Shown one piece after another: positions 18,811 through 29,362 of a stretch of DNA of 57,858 nt. The notes below the pieces were generated by a model. The model saw only the letters and a list, made by a program, of their open reading frames with translations, was not told the DNA's origin and made no database searches. Numbering within the stretch: the first letter of the stretch is position 1; every line of letters begins with the position of its first letter. Source of the stretch: Candidatus Kaiserbacteria bacterium (lineage in GTDB: Bacteria > Patescibacteriota > Minisyncoccia > Phycocordibacterales > UBA918); the NCBI GenBank assembly GCA_020428815.1, contig JAGQMC010000042.1:1-57858 (forward strand). Direction: 5' to 3'. Position numbers and translations under genes: made by a program.

Positions 18811-20034
18811 TTATTCTACTACGGCATTTTGCTCACAGATTTCTTTATACACGTAGGCAGATGGTCGGATTTTTCTCTCTAATGTCTCATAATCAATAGC
18901 CACTAGACCAAACCGTTTTTCAAAACCTAAAGCCCACTCATAGTTATCCAACAACGACCAATACATGTGCCCTCGTACATCTACTCCAGCCTGAATAGCC
19001 CGCCATACTCCCTCTACTTGTTTAGTAATATATTCAGCGCGATCTGAATCATCAGCATCGGCTAGACCCGATTCAGAGACAAATAATGGTTTTTTGTATT
19101 TTGCCAACATCATTAGGGCATCATATATGTGTTCGGGAGCAAAATTCCAATCCATGTCAGTCTTCTTCCACTGACGTTTATCACCAAATTGAGTATAAAA
19201 GTAGTAATTTAAACCAATCGAATCACAGTGACGATACGTTCTACGCATAAAAATACTCGTCCATACGAAATTAGCGACTAACGCCTTAATTTTATTCAAA
19301 GGATTCCAGTTAGCATCAAACACAATTACATGCTTAACAACACTAATATTCAAACCTGGGTTAACTTTTTTAATTGCCAAGTAAGCTTCATTATGTGCTT
19401 TGGTTAAATTTTTCAGAACCCTCCAATATAAAAATAGTGGTCGCAAGCCCTTTTGTGACCTTGGTTCATACGATTTACCAGAATTAGTAATAGACACCAA
19501 GTCTGTCAGAGCAAAACGTTTAAACGGTGGCCAAGTACCGCGTAACCAACCATTACTAGCAAACACATTGGGTTCATTCATGGTTGAGAAGTCATTACAT
19601 AAATCACCAAGTTCTTTTGTGACATAGGAAGCAAAACGCGCAAATATTTCTGGGGCATCAGTTCGCTCAAAACCACCAGACTGGGTAAACCAAAGCGGCA
19701 ATGTAAAGTGCCAAATTGTGATAAATGGTTTAATTCCTCTGTCATGTAAAGCTTTTAGCATCGCACGATAGTGCTCAATTGCATCATGGTTAAATTTCCC
19801 TTCTTCTGGCTCAATTCTAGCCCACTCTACCGAAAAGCGGTGGGCTGTATGTCCAAGCTCTTTAGCAATATCAAAATCCTGCTTAAATCGATTGAAGTGG
19901 TCACAAGCTCGCCCACATGGTGGTACCCGTTTGGCACGTGCCGCCTCTGCCCAGTCACAGTTTTCAATGCCACCTTCGACTTGATATGAAGCGGTGGCAG
20001 CACCCCAGTAAAAATCTTTCGGAAACTCTTTCAT
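18811..20034 (-). CDS. GH1 family beta-glucosidase
   Basis: FYWGAATASYQVEGG N-terminal signature, TMNEPN acid/base motif, and a SESG nucleophile region. Confidence 0.9.
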   Translation of the reverse strand: MKEFPKDFYWGAATASYQVEGGIENCDWAEAARAKRVPPCGRACDHFNRFKQDFDIAKELGHTAHRFSVEWARIEPEEGKFNHDAIEHYRAMLKALHDRGIKPFITIWHFTLPLWFTQSGGFERTDAPEIFARFASYVTKELGDLCNDFSTMNEPNVFASNGWLRGTWPPFKRFALTDLVSITNSGKSYEPRSQKGLRPLFLYWRVLKNLTKAHNEAYLAIKKVNPGLNISVVKHVIVFDANWNPLNKIKALVANFVWTSIFMRRTYRHCDSIGLNYYFYTQFGDKRQWKKTDMDWNFAPEHIYDALMMLAKYKKPLFVSESGLADADDSDRAEYITKQVEGVWRAIQAGVDVRGHMYWSLLDNYEWALGFEKRFGLVAIDYETLERKIRPSAYVYKEICEQNAVVE

Positions 20035-20037
20035 ACC

Positions 20038-20673
20038 TTAAATCATTTCTAACGTATTTATAAAACTTTTGGGAGCCAGATTTATCAACCATTTTTGATA
20101 CAGGCTCACAATTGCCAACACATCCCGACCATTATACTTAGCGATTTCTTTAGTCTTTTTTTCCAGAAATGTTTCAGTAACATCTTCTCCTCTCATGGCT
20201 AGCTTGGGATTATCGATACCAAAAGCTTCACATAAAGACTGCAGCGATGGTTTTTTTGTAACACTGCCATAGAAAGAAAATTCATCGAATAAATCAACGT
20301 GATAGGGACATTGCTGCTTGGTTACATAACGTTGTCTAGCTATCTCTATAGATGGCTTAACCCCCAAAGCAATCGAGCGAATATATAAAAACGGTATATC
20401 AAATGCTCTTCCATTAAAACTAACCACAACATCATACTCTCTCACGCTATCCCAAAAATCCTCCAACAACTCCTTTTCGTCCCTTGGCTTGTAAGAAAAG
20501 CTATCATCCGAAAATACATCGTCCTTATTCTTGCTAACAAAATACACTGAGCCTAATTCACGTTCCAAATCAAACAGACCCAATGAGACAATTTGACCTT
20601 TGTATGGAGATAAGGAATCTTGATTATCGGAATCGAACCCAACTGTTTCTAAATCAATAATTAACGTAGACAT
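20038..20673 (-). CDS. RNase H-fold 3'-5' exonuclease (PolB-exonuclease-like)
   Basis: IIDLET (Exo I-like) and FNGRAFDIPFL (Exo II-like) motifs. 211 aa. Confidence 0.65.
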   Translation of the reverse strand: MSTLIIDLETVGFDSDNQDSLSPYKGQIVSLGLFDLERELGSVYFVSKNKDDVFSDDSFSYKPRDEKELLEDFWDSVREYDVVVSFNGRAFDIPFLYIRSIALGVKPSIEIARQRYVTKQQCPYHVDLFDEFSFYGSVTKKPSLQSLCEAFGIDNPKLAMRGEDVTETFLEKKTKEIAKYNGRDVLAIVSLYQKWLINLAPKSFINTLEMI

Positions 20674-20676
20674 ACT

Positions 20677-21474
20677 TTAGATTGCAACTGGTTGTGAAAT
20701 AAAGCAATTGATAATTGTTTCAGACTCGGCTGTTATAACATATCTGTAGCCAGCAACATTTAATACCTCTCCGCAAATCCCTCGACTATCACTCGAGACA
20801 CCGTAAATGGGTAGACCGTCTAGAGCATAACCAATCAACACCTCTGACCCAAATACACTGTACAGACCGACTTCATGGTTTCTGATTAGTGAACCGTCTT
20901 TAGCTACCCCAATCACATCAGTCTTAAGACAGTGCTGAGTTACCTTTGAAACACTAGCGACAGGCAGCTGTAAAATAACATCTTTAGTCACCTTCTCAAA
21001 AATAGTTGGTGTACCAGTTGCAGTTTCAGCTGGTATAAAAACTTCCTCTATACCATCTACAAAAAATATACGTCCCCCTTCTACCACTTCATTTAGAACC
21101 CCTGTTTGAGGCCATGAACCTGTAAAAGATTTATAATCGTCACACTGCACTACACCCAAAGTCTCAGATTTTGAACCATCACTTCCTGTTTCCTCAAACA
21201 CATCATCGTTTATGTTGTTTATATCCGCACTAGCTATAACAACCTCCCTACTCTCAGCAACCTTACGACGCATTTCAGACAACTTTTCTTCTCTAGCTAT
21301 TTGTTCTGGAACATACAATTCAACTTCGTACTCTCTATCAATCACCTCGGTGAATTTCACACGGCTATCATCAGTATTATTAATACTAAGACGTGTCAGA
21401 ACCGTTGAACCAATTGCCACTAATAAAAATACAATAGTAACAAACAACAATAAAAAATCACGAGTTCTGAACAT
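20677..21474 (-). CDS. hypothetical membrane-anchored/secreted protein
   Basis: 265 aa with an N-terminal TM helix. Last gene of a tightly packed minus-strand operon. Confidence 0.65.
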   Translation of the reverse strand: MFRTRDFLLLFVTIVFLLVAIGSTVLTRLSINNTDDSRVKFTEVIDREYEVELYVPEQIAREEKLSEMRRKVAESREVVIASADINNINDDVFEETGSDGSKSETLGVVQCDDYKSFTGSWPQTGVLNEVVEGGRIFFVDGIEEVFIPAETATGTPTIFEKVTKDVILQLPVASVSKVTQHCLKTDVIGVAKDGSLIRNHEVGLYSVFGSEVLIGYALDGLPIYGVSSDSRGICGEVLNVAGYRYVITAESETIINCFISQPVAI

Positions 21475-21482
21475 CAGTTAAT

Positions 21483-21516
21483 AATAGCAAAGGGCGGCAG
21501 GCTTTGCCTGCCGCCC
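21483..21516 (-). terminator. intrinsic terminator after ATP-grasp gene
   Basis: GGGCGGCAGG(21492-21501)/CCTGCCGCCC(21507-21516). On the minus strand it is followed by TTTGCTATT. Confidence 0.8.
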
Positions 21517-21525
21517 ACTCCACAA

Positions 21526-22869
21526 CTACTTCTTTTTAGTTTTTATGGTTTTTTTGGCCACCTTTTTACCGTTATTTCCATTTCCACGACTGGCCACTTT
21601 GATTTCTACCAGTTTTTCTACGCGTCTAATATCAGCCAGTAACTGAGACCGGTCCGCGTTATACATCAAAAGATTGAAGACTGATCTGCCACCATTACGG
21701 GCAAAAACTGCTCTATCTCCAACTTTTTTGTTAACCACAATTTTATGAAAAGAGTCTAGTTCTTCAATTTTTTTCACTCCCTTAAGTTCAGTAATACTAC
21801 CTTCTTTTTCAGCAAACCACTTCATAGCACAAGCAAAGCCTTGGCATTTTTTGGGAACTACAGGTTTCTTGGGGATCCGTATCAATATGTCATTTAGAGT
21901 ATGATTAATATCACAACTGAGTTTATGTAACACATTTCTAAAACCACCTACTCGTGCCCCGACTTCTACAATTTTCCACTCGTCATCTATTTTCATCAAC
22001 TCAACATGGGCTGTGGTACTTCGTAGACCCAATGCATGAATGGCTTTTTCAGCGGCGGCCTCAGCCTTCTTAACAGTTTCAGATTTGAGAGCTGTTGGGG
22101 TCATTTGTAAATAATTGAAGAAATCATCGTGGCCAATTTCTCGGCCAGTCTTCTGTCTTACTAGCGGGCAATGATAAACTTTCCCTCGAGAGCTAACATA
22201 AGAATCAATAGAATACATATCTCCCTCCATATACTCTTCAGCCACCACTTTTGGCAAGGCCTTGCTGTTTTCGGTTTCGTAAGCTTTTTTAATCTTTCTA
22301 AAAATTGTTCTCAGGGTTTTATCAAGTTCTTCTTCGTGGTAGCAAATTGTGACGAACAAGCTAGCAGCTAGATTAGCCGGCTTAACTATCATTGGAAAAC
22401 CAATCTTTTTCACTACTCTGTCACGCTCAACTTTTGTATTATTTTTCACCCAAGTAAAGGCTGGGGTAATCTTTGCGTCATAAGTTTGTAAACGCTTCCT
22501 CATTTCATACTTGTCACTAGCCCACTCTAAAGACTCTGTATTGGGTGTACGTAAATATGGAACGTGCGGAATAACCTGCATGAAACGACGAATGTGTTTT
22601 TCAGACCGGCAGGTCACCGCTAATAATTCATCTTCATACTCAAGCAACACTTCGGCAATTTTATCTGGATTAGAAAAATCACAACTCTTGTAAATATCTA
22701 GTCCGGGAGTCTCTGTTAAAAATCTTGTATTACGGACGCGAGAATCCACCAACAACATCATTCTAAGTGGACCGCCAAACTCTTTTTCATATTCTCTTAC
22801 CGCCTTGATAGTATCCGCCCCTTCAGGCAAATTCATCACAAACAAGATAATATTTTTCTCTTTTTTCAT
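21526..22869 (-). CDS. ATP-grasp domain ligase with Lys-rich C-terminal tail
   Basis: 447 aa. Pre-ATP-grasp region, then PMIVKPANLAAS, EEYMEGDMYSID and VEVGARVGG motifs. Tail is KKVAKKTIKTKKK. Confidence 0.75.
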   Translation of the reverse strand: MKKEKNIILFVMNLPEGADTIKAVREYEKEFGGPLRMMLLVDSRVRNTRFLTETPGLDIYKSCDFSNPDKIAEVLLEYEDELLAVTCRSEKHIRRFMQVIPHVPYLRTPNTESLEWASDKYEMRKRLQTYDAKITPAFTWVKNNTKVERDRVVKKIGFPMIVKPANLAASLFVTICYHEEELDKTLRTIFRKIKKAYETENSKALPKVVAEEYMEGDMYSIDSYVSSRGKVYHCPLVRQKTGREIGHDDFFNYLQMTPTALKSETVKKAEAAAEKAIHALGLRSTTAHVELMKIDDEWKIVEVGARVGGFRNVLHKLSCDINHTLNDILIRIPKKPVVPKKCQGFACAMKWFAEKEGSITELKGVKKIEELDSFHKIVVNKKVGDRAVFARNGGRSVFNLLMYNADRSQLLADIRRVEKLVEIKVASRGNGNNGKKVAKKTIKTKKK

Positions 22870-23013
22870 ATTTTTATGAAAGTAAAAAATCAGCTAAAGA
22901 CGCCGACTAAACATTCAACATATTATTTAGATAAACAAAAGCATACACCTAATTTTCCAAAAAAACACACCTCAACACACATGTTGTACACTGGCAACTC
23001 TTGACAATGAAAT

Positions 23014-23874
23014 TTAATTTTTAGCAGCCAGGCCAATTAACCACTCAGCCACTTCAGCACTCACCCGTTCGTCTCCACTCTCCTCAAGACCACGCCAACC
23101 AGGATTGATATTTGATTCAATAAAATATAGCTCTTTGGTTACCAGATGCTCGATTACATCAATCCCCGCGACATCTAGCTCATAATGTCTACATATTTTT
23201 TCTGTTATGGCAGACAGGCTCTTTAATAAAGCAACATCTGTCACCCTTTCTACTAAACCTCCTTGAGATACATTGGCTTTAAAACTTCCTTGAGCTGGTA
23301 CCCTTTTATATACATGTTTTACTTTATCAGCAAAAAACAAAGCGCGAAAATCTCCAGCATTTGGAATATACTCCTGTGCTAACGTGTCGCCTTTAGTGCA
23401 TTTTTTTGCTTCTTCGAAATCAGTAACTGTATCGATAAGATAAACCTGATCCCCTTGTATGCCATGTGCTGCCTTAAACACAAAAGGTACACCCAATGAT
23501 TGAGCTGTTTCCTTAAAGTCAATTGGTCGTGGCACCGTCTTTGGTATTTTAATACCAAGTTTTTGCGCCTGCACTGCTTGGTACAACTTGTTGGAAATCA
23601 AGTAATTACTGAGCACACTTCTGTTTAAAATTGGAACTTTGTTATCAATCTGTAGACCCAGTTCTGCTTTCAAAGCTTCACCCAAACCCGTTCGGTAGTA
23701 AACCAAGTCATATTGTTGAAAACTATCCCAGAATTTTTTGTCACACTGAGTGAGCGTTTCTGGCAATACTCCAAAATCAACCAATACACCTCGGTCCTTA
23801 AGCTCTTCTGCCACTCGCAACAGCTCCGGAATTGGTTTATTGCCAGCCCACAGCAGAATCTTCATAGACCTCAA
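23014..23874 (-). CDS. RimK-like ATP-grasp ligase
   Basis: 286 aa. PFVFKAAHGIQGDQVYL, AQEYIPNAGDFR and ESNINPGW motifs are typical of RimK/GshB-type ATP-grasp enzymes. Confidence 0.75.
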   Translation of the reverse strand: MRSMKILLWAGNKPIPELLRVAEELKDRGVLVDFGVLPETLTQCDKKFWDSFQQYDLVYYRTGLGEALKAELGLQIDNKVPILNRSVLSNYLISNKLYQAVQAQKLGIKIPKTVPRPIDFKETAQSLGVPFVFKAAHGIQGDQVYLIDTVTDFEEAKKCTKGDTLAQEYIPNAGDFRALFFADKVKHVYKRVPAQGSFKANVSQGGLVERVTDVALLKSLSAITEKICRHYELDVAGIDVIEHLVTKELYFIESNINPGWRGLEESGDERVSAEVAEWLIGLAAKN

Positions 23875-23877
23875 TGA

Positions 23878-24543
23878 TTAAAGGCCAAACTTAACATCTT
23901 CGCCTACCACCTCAGAGGAAGTGGTGTTTGGATTAACAGCGTCGGCTATTTGTCCTAGGAAAGCCTCATAACTGTCGTACTGCATTTTTTGTCCATTTAG
24001 AAAGAAAGTTGGTGTACCAGTAACACCAAGTCCACGACCCTCGTCAAATTCACTTTTCACCTTGTCGCGCAAAACTGATGAGCGCATCTGATCTTTAAAC
24101 TGTTCAACATTTAAACCTAATTCTTCTGCAATTGAAATTAAGGTTGGATTAATTACTGCCAAACCAGACCATTCAGACTGAGTCTCGAATACTCGATCGT
24201 GGAACTCATAAAACTTACCCTGTTGTCCAGCCGCTTCAACTGCCATTGCTACCGCCAGAGCATGAGGGTGAATGTTTGATAGCGGAAAATGTTTATATTC
24301 AAAACTAATTTGATCACCATACTCATCCAACACAGTTTTGACCACTGGTTGGAAGGCCGCACAAGCGGGACACTGAAAATCGCTGTACTCCACTAATTTC
24401 ACTGTTGCGTCAGGATTGCCCTTAACGTAAGACTTAATCTCTACTCCTTCATTACTGGAAGTGGAAGCTTGTCCAGATAGCCAGATAGCCCCTCCAAATA
24501 ACACTACTGTAAAAACAGCAATAATAACCCATGGATTTTTCAT
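23878..24543 (-). CDS. DsbA-family thiol:disulfide oxidoreductase, membrane-anchored
   Basis: N-terminal TM helix, CPAC active site, and GTPTFFLNG cis-Pro loop motif. Confidence 0.85.
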   Translation of the reverse strand: MKNPWVIIAVFTVVLFGGAIWLSGQASTSSNEGVEIKSYVKGNPDATVKLVEYSDFQCPACAAFQPVVKTVLDEYGDQISFEYKHFPLSNIHPHALAVAMAVEAAGQQGKFYEFHDRVFETQSEWSGLAVINPTLISIAEELGLNVEQFKDQMRSSVLRDKVKSEFDEGRGLGVTGTPTFFLNGQKMQYDSYEAFLGQIADAVNPNTTSSEVVGEDVKFGL

Positions 24544-24664
24544 ATGTAGCCATCATACCAAACTATGCTCTATTTTTATAGCCTATTAATATAGGTCGCA
24601 ATTCGCACATAAACCACCAACAGACAAACCTCTTTCAGCTCAGTTTATTTGATACACTTAAGTA

Positions 24665-27313
24665 ATGCTAAAAGTTCCACACAGTCCGTGGTCAATTACC
24701 ATTGATGACATAGAAACAAGTCTTAAAACAGACTTGGTCAATGGCCTATCTGAAAATGAGGCGAGACAACGACTCAAGCAAGTAGGTGAAAATATCTTTG
24801 AAGCCAGTAAAACCAAAAGTTCCCTGTCTATCTTAGGAAGTCAGTTTACTAGCCCACTAATCATTATTCTTTGTGTAGCAGTAGTGATAACTGGTCTGTT
24901 AGCTGAGTGGATTGACATGTTAATCATTGCTTTTGCGGTACTAGTCAACGCAATCTTAGGCTTTATTCAAGAATACAAAGCTGAAAAAGCTATCAATAGT
25001 CTACACTCTTACATTACACATCGCACAAGGGTAATTAGAGACGGACACGAATTTGAGATTGATCCACGTTTTTTGGTACCAGGGGACTTGATTCATATTA
25101 CTCACGGCGCTCGGATCACTGCCGACGCCAGAATCGTTAAAGAAATTAACTTCACAGCCGATGAAGCGATTCTGACTGGTGAGTCTTTACCTGTAGAAAA
25201 ATCAATCGATCCTTTATCAGAAACTACCCCACTACCAGATAGAGAAAACCTTGTTTTCGCTGGGACATTAGGAATAGACGGATCGGCTTACGCAGTAGTG
25301 ACCAAAACGGGCTACGAAACTGAAATTGGTTTGCTGGCAAAATTAGTGGACGAAACCACTGCTGAAAAAACTCCCCTCCAGTCTGCCCTCGGCAAACTTA
25401 CTTGGGTCATCATTATCTTTACTCTAATTGCCGTCATTTTGTTATTCATAATTGGCATTACACAAGATAGAGCCTTTACAGAGATGCTGATTATTTCCAT
25501 TGCTGTTTTCGTTGGTTCTGTACCAGAAGCTTTACCAATCGGCTTGACTTCAATTTTGGCCATTGGAGTGGAAAGAATTGCCAAGAAAAAAGGGATTATG
25601 CGCAGTTTAACAGCCGCTGAAACACTTGGCTCAACTACATTGATTATTACTGACAAAACTGGCACCCTGACTGAAGCCAACATGGAGTTGGTTGACATTG
25701 ATACCATCGAGCAACTACTGGCAGAAGATTTTACCCCCTCAAACCATCAAGATGATTTTGACCAAACACAAAAGGAAATACTGTTGTTAGCTCGTTCGGC
25801 TAGTGATGTAGTGATTGAAAACCCCGAAGAAGATTATCAAACCTGGGTCATGGACGGCTCAGACCTGGAAGTGAATATCGTTAAAGCCGCTGCCCACCAC
25901 GGCATCACCCAAAACCAAGCTGATCGTTCAGAAATCCAGATCAGAATCCCTTTTAGTTCTAAATACAAGTTTTCTGCTGTTCGAGTTCCGTCTTCTCATT
26001 TACCTAAACACCTCAGTCAATTTGAGGATCCTCATGTAGTAATGGGGGCACCAGATATTATCCTTAATCGATCTTATCTATCTCACGAGGATCGCGAACG
26101 TCTTCAAGCCGCCGTTACAGAGCATAGCCACTACGGTCGACGAGTGTTAGGGATCGGTTTGCTGACTCCGCACACTGACCCGTCCTCAATCACTATCGAC
26201 CACGTAAAGGATGTTACCTTTTTAGGAGTCTTAAGTTTCCACGACCCAGTCAGACAAGAAGTTCCAGACGCCCTGCGTCGAATAAATTCATACGGCACTA
26301 AAGTGATTATGGCTACTGGTGATTTACCAGGTACAGCTCTGGCTGTTGCAAAAGAAATCGGCTGGGATGTAAATGTGGCAAATATCCTGACCGGTCAACA
26401 ACTTCAACAGCTGTCTGATGATGACTTGATTCAGATTTTAGATCGTATATCTATTTATGCTAGAGTGACGCCAAAAGACAAATTACGCATCACCAAACTA
26501 CACCAAAGCCAAGGTGAAATCGTGGCCATGACAGGAGACGGAGTCAACGACTCTCCTTCATTAAAGGCTGCTAATATTGGCATTGCTGTTGGTTCAGGTA
26601 GCGATGTTGCTAAAAGTGTAGCTGATTTGATACTACTTGATGATAATTTCAAAACTATTGTCGCCACGATAGAAGAAGGTAAACAAATTCTCGCTAATAT
26701 TAAAAAGATGTTTGTCTATTTAATGTCTAACGCTTTAGATGAATTAATCCTGATTGGTGGAGCAATTTTAGCCGGGGTAGCCCTACCTCTCTCCGCGGTA
26801 CAAATTATTTGGGTCAATCTATTCACCGGTAGCCTTCCCGCAATTGCCTTTGCCTTTGACCGACAAAGTATGATTGAAACTGAAAAAACAAGCCGCCAGT
26901 TCTTCGACAAAAGAGTTGTCTTTCTTACTGTTTTTATTGGTATTGTTATTTCTCTAATGCTCTTCGGATTGTATCTGACCCTTCTAAAATCAGGTCTAGC
27001 TGTGGACTTAGCTCGCAGTATTTTATTTGCTAGTTTTGGTAGCTACACTCTATTCATTGCTTTTTCTTTCCTAGACTTAAGTCGACCGATTTACAAATAC
27101 TCGTTACTGGAGAATAAACTCCTTCTAGCAGGCGTAGGCATCGGCACCATTTTACTCTTTGCTACCTTTACCGTCCCATTTTTCCAAAGAATATTTGATG
27201 TTCAGTCCCTTCCTTTTATTTGGATTATATTTGTAGTCTTTTGGATTATTATTAACTTAGTCGTAGTTGAAGGAGCCAAATGGATAGCTAATACTTTTTT
27301 AATAAAAAGGTAG
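24665..27313 (+). CDS. cation-transporting P-type ATPase (type II, Ca2+/cation-like)
   Basis: 882 aa. TGES, PEALP, DKTGTLT and MTGDGVNDSPSLKAANIGIAVG motifs. Confidence 0.9.
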   Translation: MLKVPHSPWSITIDDIETSLKTDLVNGLSENEARQRLKQVGENIFEASKTKSSLSILGSQFTSPLIIILCVAVVITGLLAEWIDMLIIAFAVLVNAILGFIQEYKAEKAINSLHSYITHRTRVIRDGHEFEIDPRFLVPGDLIHITHGARITADARIVKEINFTADEAILTGESLPVEKSIDPLSETTPLPDRENLVFAGTLGIDGSAYAVVTKTGYETEIGLLAKLVDETTAEKTPLQSALGKLTWVIIIFTLIAVILLFIIGITQDRAFTEMLIISIAVFVGSVPEALPIGLTSILAIGVERIAKKKGIMRSLTAAETLGSTTLIITDKTGTLTEANMELVDIDTIEQLLAEDFTPSNHQDDFDQTQKEILLLARSASDVVIENPEEDYQTWVMDGSDLEVNIVKAAAHHGITQNQADRSEIQIRIPFSSKYKFSAVRVPSSHLPKHLSQFEDPHVVMGAPDIILNRSYLSHEDRERLQAAVTEHSHYGRRVLGIGLLTPHTDPSSITIDHVKDVTFLGVLSFHDPVRQEVPDALRRINSYGTKVIMATGDLPGTALAVAKEIGWDVNVANILTGQQLQQLSDDDLIQILDRISIYARVTPKDKLRITKLHQSQGEIVAMTGDGVNDSPSLKAANIGIAVGSGSDVAKSVADLILLDDNFKTIVATIEEGKQILANIKKMFVYLMSNALDELILIGGAILAGVALPLSAVQIIWVNLFTGSLPAIAFAFDRQSMIETEKTSRQFFDKRVVFLTVFIGIVISLMLFGLYLTLLKSGLAVDLARSILFASFGSYTLFIAFSFLDLSRPIYKYSLLENKLLLAGVGIGTILLFATFTVPFFQRIFDVQSLPFIWIIFVVFWIIINLVVVEGAKWIANTFLIKR

Positions 27314-27348
27314 ACAACTCCATTAAAATATCCTAAGTTGCTTAGATT

Positions 27349-28080
27349 ATGGCCATGAAACCAAACTTCGTTAGAAAGAAAAAGCGCAAAGTCCACGGCG
27401 CAACTTTTTGGGATAAAGAGTACACCACCCCCGAACACTTGAAGCTTTCCACTAATGAGAGTGAGGACCTTGCCAAGTTCACAAGATGGTTAAGTAGACG
27501 AGACCGTGCAGATTTACTAAATAAAGATAGTAGTGTAATAGATGCTGGTTGCGGTAACGGACGTAATCTAATTTTTTTACATAAGCAATTTGGTATGTCC
27601 GGCATTGGTGTAGATATATCCGCGGCTGCAATTGCTCAAGCTAAGAAAGCATCAAAAGAACTACCTATAAGTTATCAAGTTGCCAGTGCTGGACACACCT
27701 TACCAACCCCAGACGAATCACAAGCTCTAGCCCTAGACATGATGACTTCTCATTTCCTTAGCAAAGAAGAGCGTACTAAACTGCGTGATGAGCTATACCG
27801 AACCCTCGTGCCTGGCGGTTACTTATTTATGAAAACCTTCCTGAAGGACAAGGACTTACACACCAAGAGATTGCTTGAGGAACGTCCCGGACCAGAGCTG
27901 GGTAGCTATATTCACCCTGTAATGGGGGTGGCTGAATATGTGTACAGCGAAGAAGAATTGGTAAATTTTTTGAGTGAAAAATTCATTGTCCATAAAATCT
28001 ACCGTTCTCACAAACACTCATTTAAAGGTCGCGCTCGTAAACGGCGAACCATTTCTATCTACGCTGAAAAAGATTATTAG
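27349..28080 (+). CDS. class I SAM-dependent methyltransferase
   Basis: VIDAGCGNGRN motif I. 243 aa. Confidence 0.8.
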   Translation: MAMKPNFVRKKKRKVHGATFWDKEYTTPEHLKLSTNESEDLAKFTRWLSRRDRADLLNKDSSVIDAGCGNGRNLIFLHKQFGMSGIGVDISAAAIAQAKKASKELPISYQVASAGHTLPTPDESQALALDMMTSHFLSKEERTKLRDELYRTLVPGGYLFMKTFLKDKDLHTKRLLEERPGPELGSYIHPVMGVAEYVYSEEELVNFLSEKFIVHKIYRSHKHSFKGRARKRRTISIYAEKDY

Positions 28081-28237
28081 GAAGAATCATAAAGCGCTTA
28101 TAATCCAAACCAGATTTATAGCAATGTTTTATCCCACTCCAACTAGTATCCATCATATCGAGATCTTACCAGCGGCAAACTCTTGGACATATTGATACCG
28201 CTAAAGATGGAAGATATGTCATAATATAGGCATAACT

Positions 28238-28597
28238 ATGATAAAGAGATACTTATCACGTTTCACTCATGCCCTCAATGGACTAAAATTTGCCAGTCTA
28301 AATGATCAAGGTTTTCGCTCACAGATTTATCTCGGTGTGCTACTGCTGTTTATATGTTTGGCTTTTCTACTACCCCTGACTGGCACTGAAATATTGTTCA
28401 TTTTAGGCGCCTACGCATTGATCCTAATTACTGAATTACAAAACTCCGCCCTTGAAATTGCGCTTGATAAGATCCACCCTGAACACAATGACCATATAAA
28501 AAAAAGTAAAGACATGGCGGCGGCATCAGTTTTAGTAGCCGGATTATTTTTACTGACGGTTCTAATCTCTCTTGGCTTAGACCGCTTATTTATATAA
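28238..28597 (+). CDS. dgkA: diacylglycerol/undecaprenol kinase (DgkA family)
   Basis: 119 aa, 3 TM helices, ELQNSALE...D motif typical of prokaryotic DAGK. Confidence 0.8.
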   Translation: MIKRYLSRFTHALNGLKFASLNDQGFRSQIYLGVLLLFICLAFLLPLTGTEILFILGAYALILITELQNSALEIALDKIHPEHNDHIKKSKDMAAASVLVAGLFLLTVLISLGLDRLFI

Positions 28598-28630
28598 AAA
28601 ATGCGCAGGCTAGACCCGTGCATTTTTTAT
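28598..28630. terminator. bidirectional terminator-like hairpin between convergent genes
   Basis: AAAAATGCGC...GTGCATTTTT, an imperfect stem flanked by an A-run and a T-run. Confidence 0.45.
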
Positions 28631-28633
28631 TCT

Positions 28634-29266
28634 CTAGAATGGTAATTCCATATCTTCCTCGTAGATAGTCCCGTACTCCATGCCGGCCTCAAATATTTCA
28701 TTCACATCACGAAACAGAATATCTTGAGGTGGTTCAAAAACAGTATTATCAACATTTAGCCAAGGCTGACAGTCGTAATCCACTTCTTGATCCAGTGATT
28801 CATGTGATTTATCAAACTGTTCTACTGAAACATCTGTATCTGATACGTTCATCTTGGTACCGAAAGTTTGTCCATCAATATCAGACCAAACATACAAAAC
28901 TCCCCCATTGACAATCATTGAACTAACAATCTGGCCCATTTCTGATGAATTAATCACGTAATCAGATCGTATTCGATCCTGACTAACGAAAGCCGTTCCG
29001 TCTACTTGAGTTACCTCACTTTCTTGGTCAATCTTAACTTTTACAGTGCACTCTAGGTTCTGTCCAATATTAAGTAGTGAAGCAAAGGTGCCGGCGCCAG
29101 CTACTGGCTGCGGAGCTTCAACTGCCTCCCCTGTCTTTGATAACTCATCCTGAGCCTCATTAATATTTTCTAAATTATCCGTGGCTGGTGTAGAAAAAAC
29201 CGCAAAATAACCAAAACCAATTAGCACGGCTGCTACCACTATAACTATGATAATATTTTTTCTCAT
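28634..29266 (-). CDS. hypothetical membrane-anchored secreted protein
   Basis: 210 aa, N-terminal TM helix, acidic ectodomain. Confidence 0.65.
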   Translation of the reverse strand: MRKNIIIVIVVAAVLIGFGYFAVFSTPATDNLENINEAQDELSKTGEAVEAPQPVAGAGTFASLLNIGQNLECTVKVKIDQESEVTQVDGTAFVSQDRIRSDYVINSSEMGQIVSSMIVNGGVLYVWSDIDGQTFGTKMNVSDTDVSVEQFDKSHESLDQEVDYDCQPWLNVDNTVFEPPQDILFRDVNEIFEAGMEYGTIYEEDMELPF

Positions 29267-29362
29267 ATAAGCATTTCTTATTATAATTTATTCTATTCTA
29301 CCCTACTTTAGAAAGACTGATAACTCACAATTAAGCCCTGGCCAATATGCGATAATTAAGCC

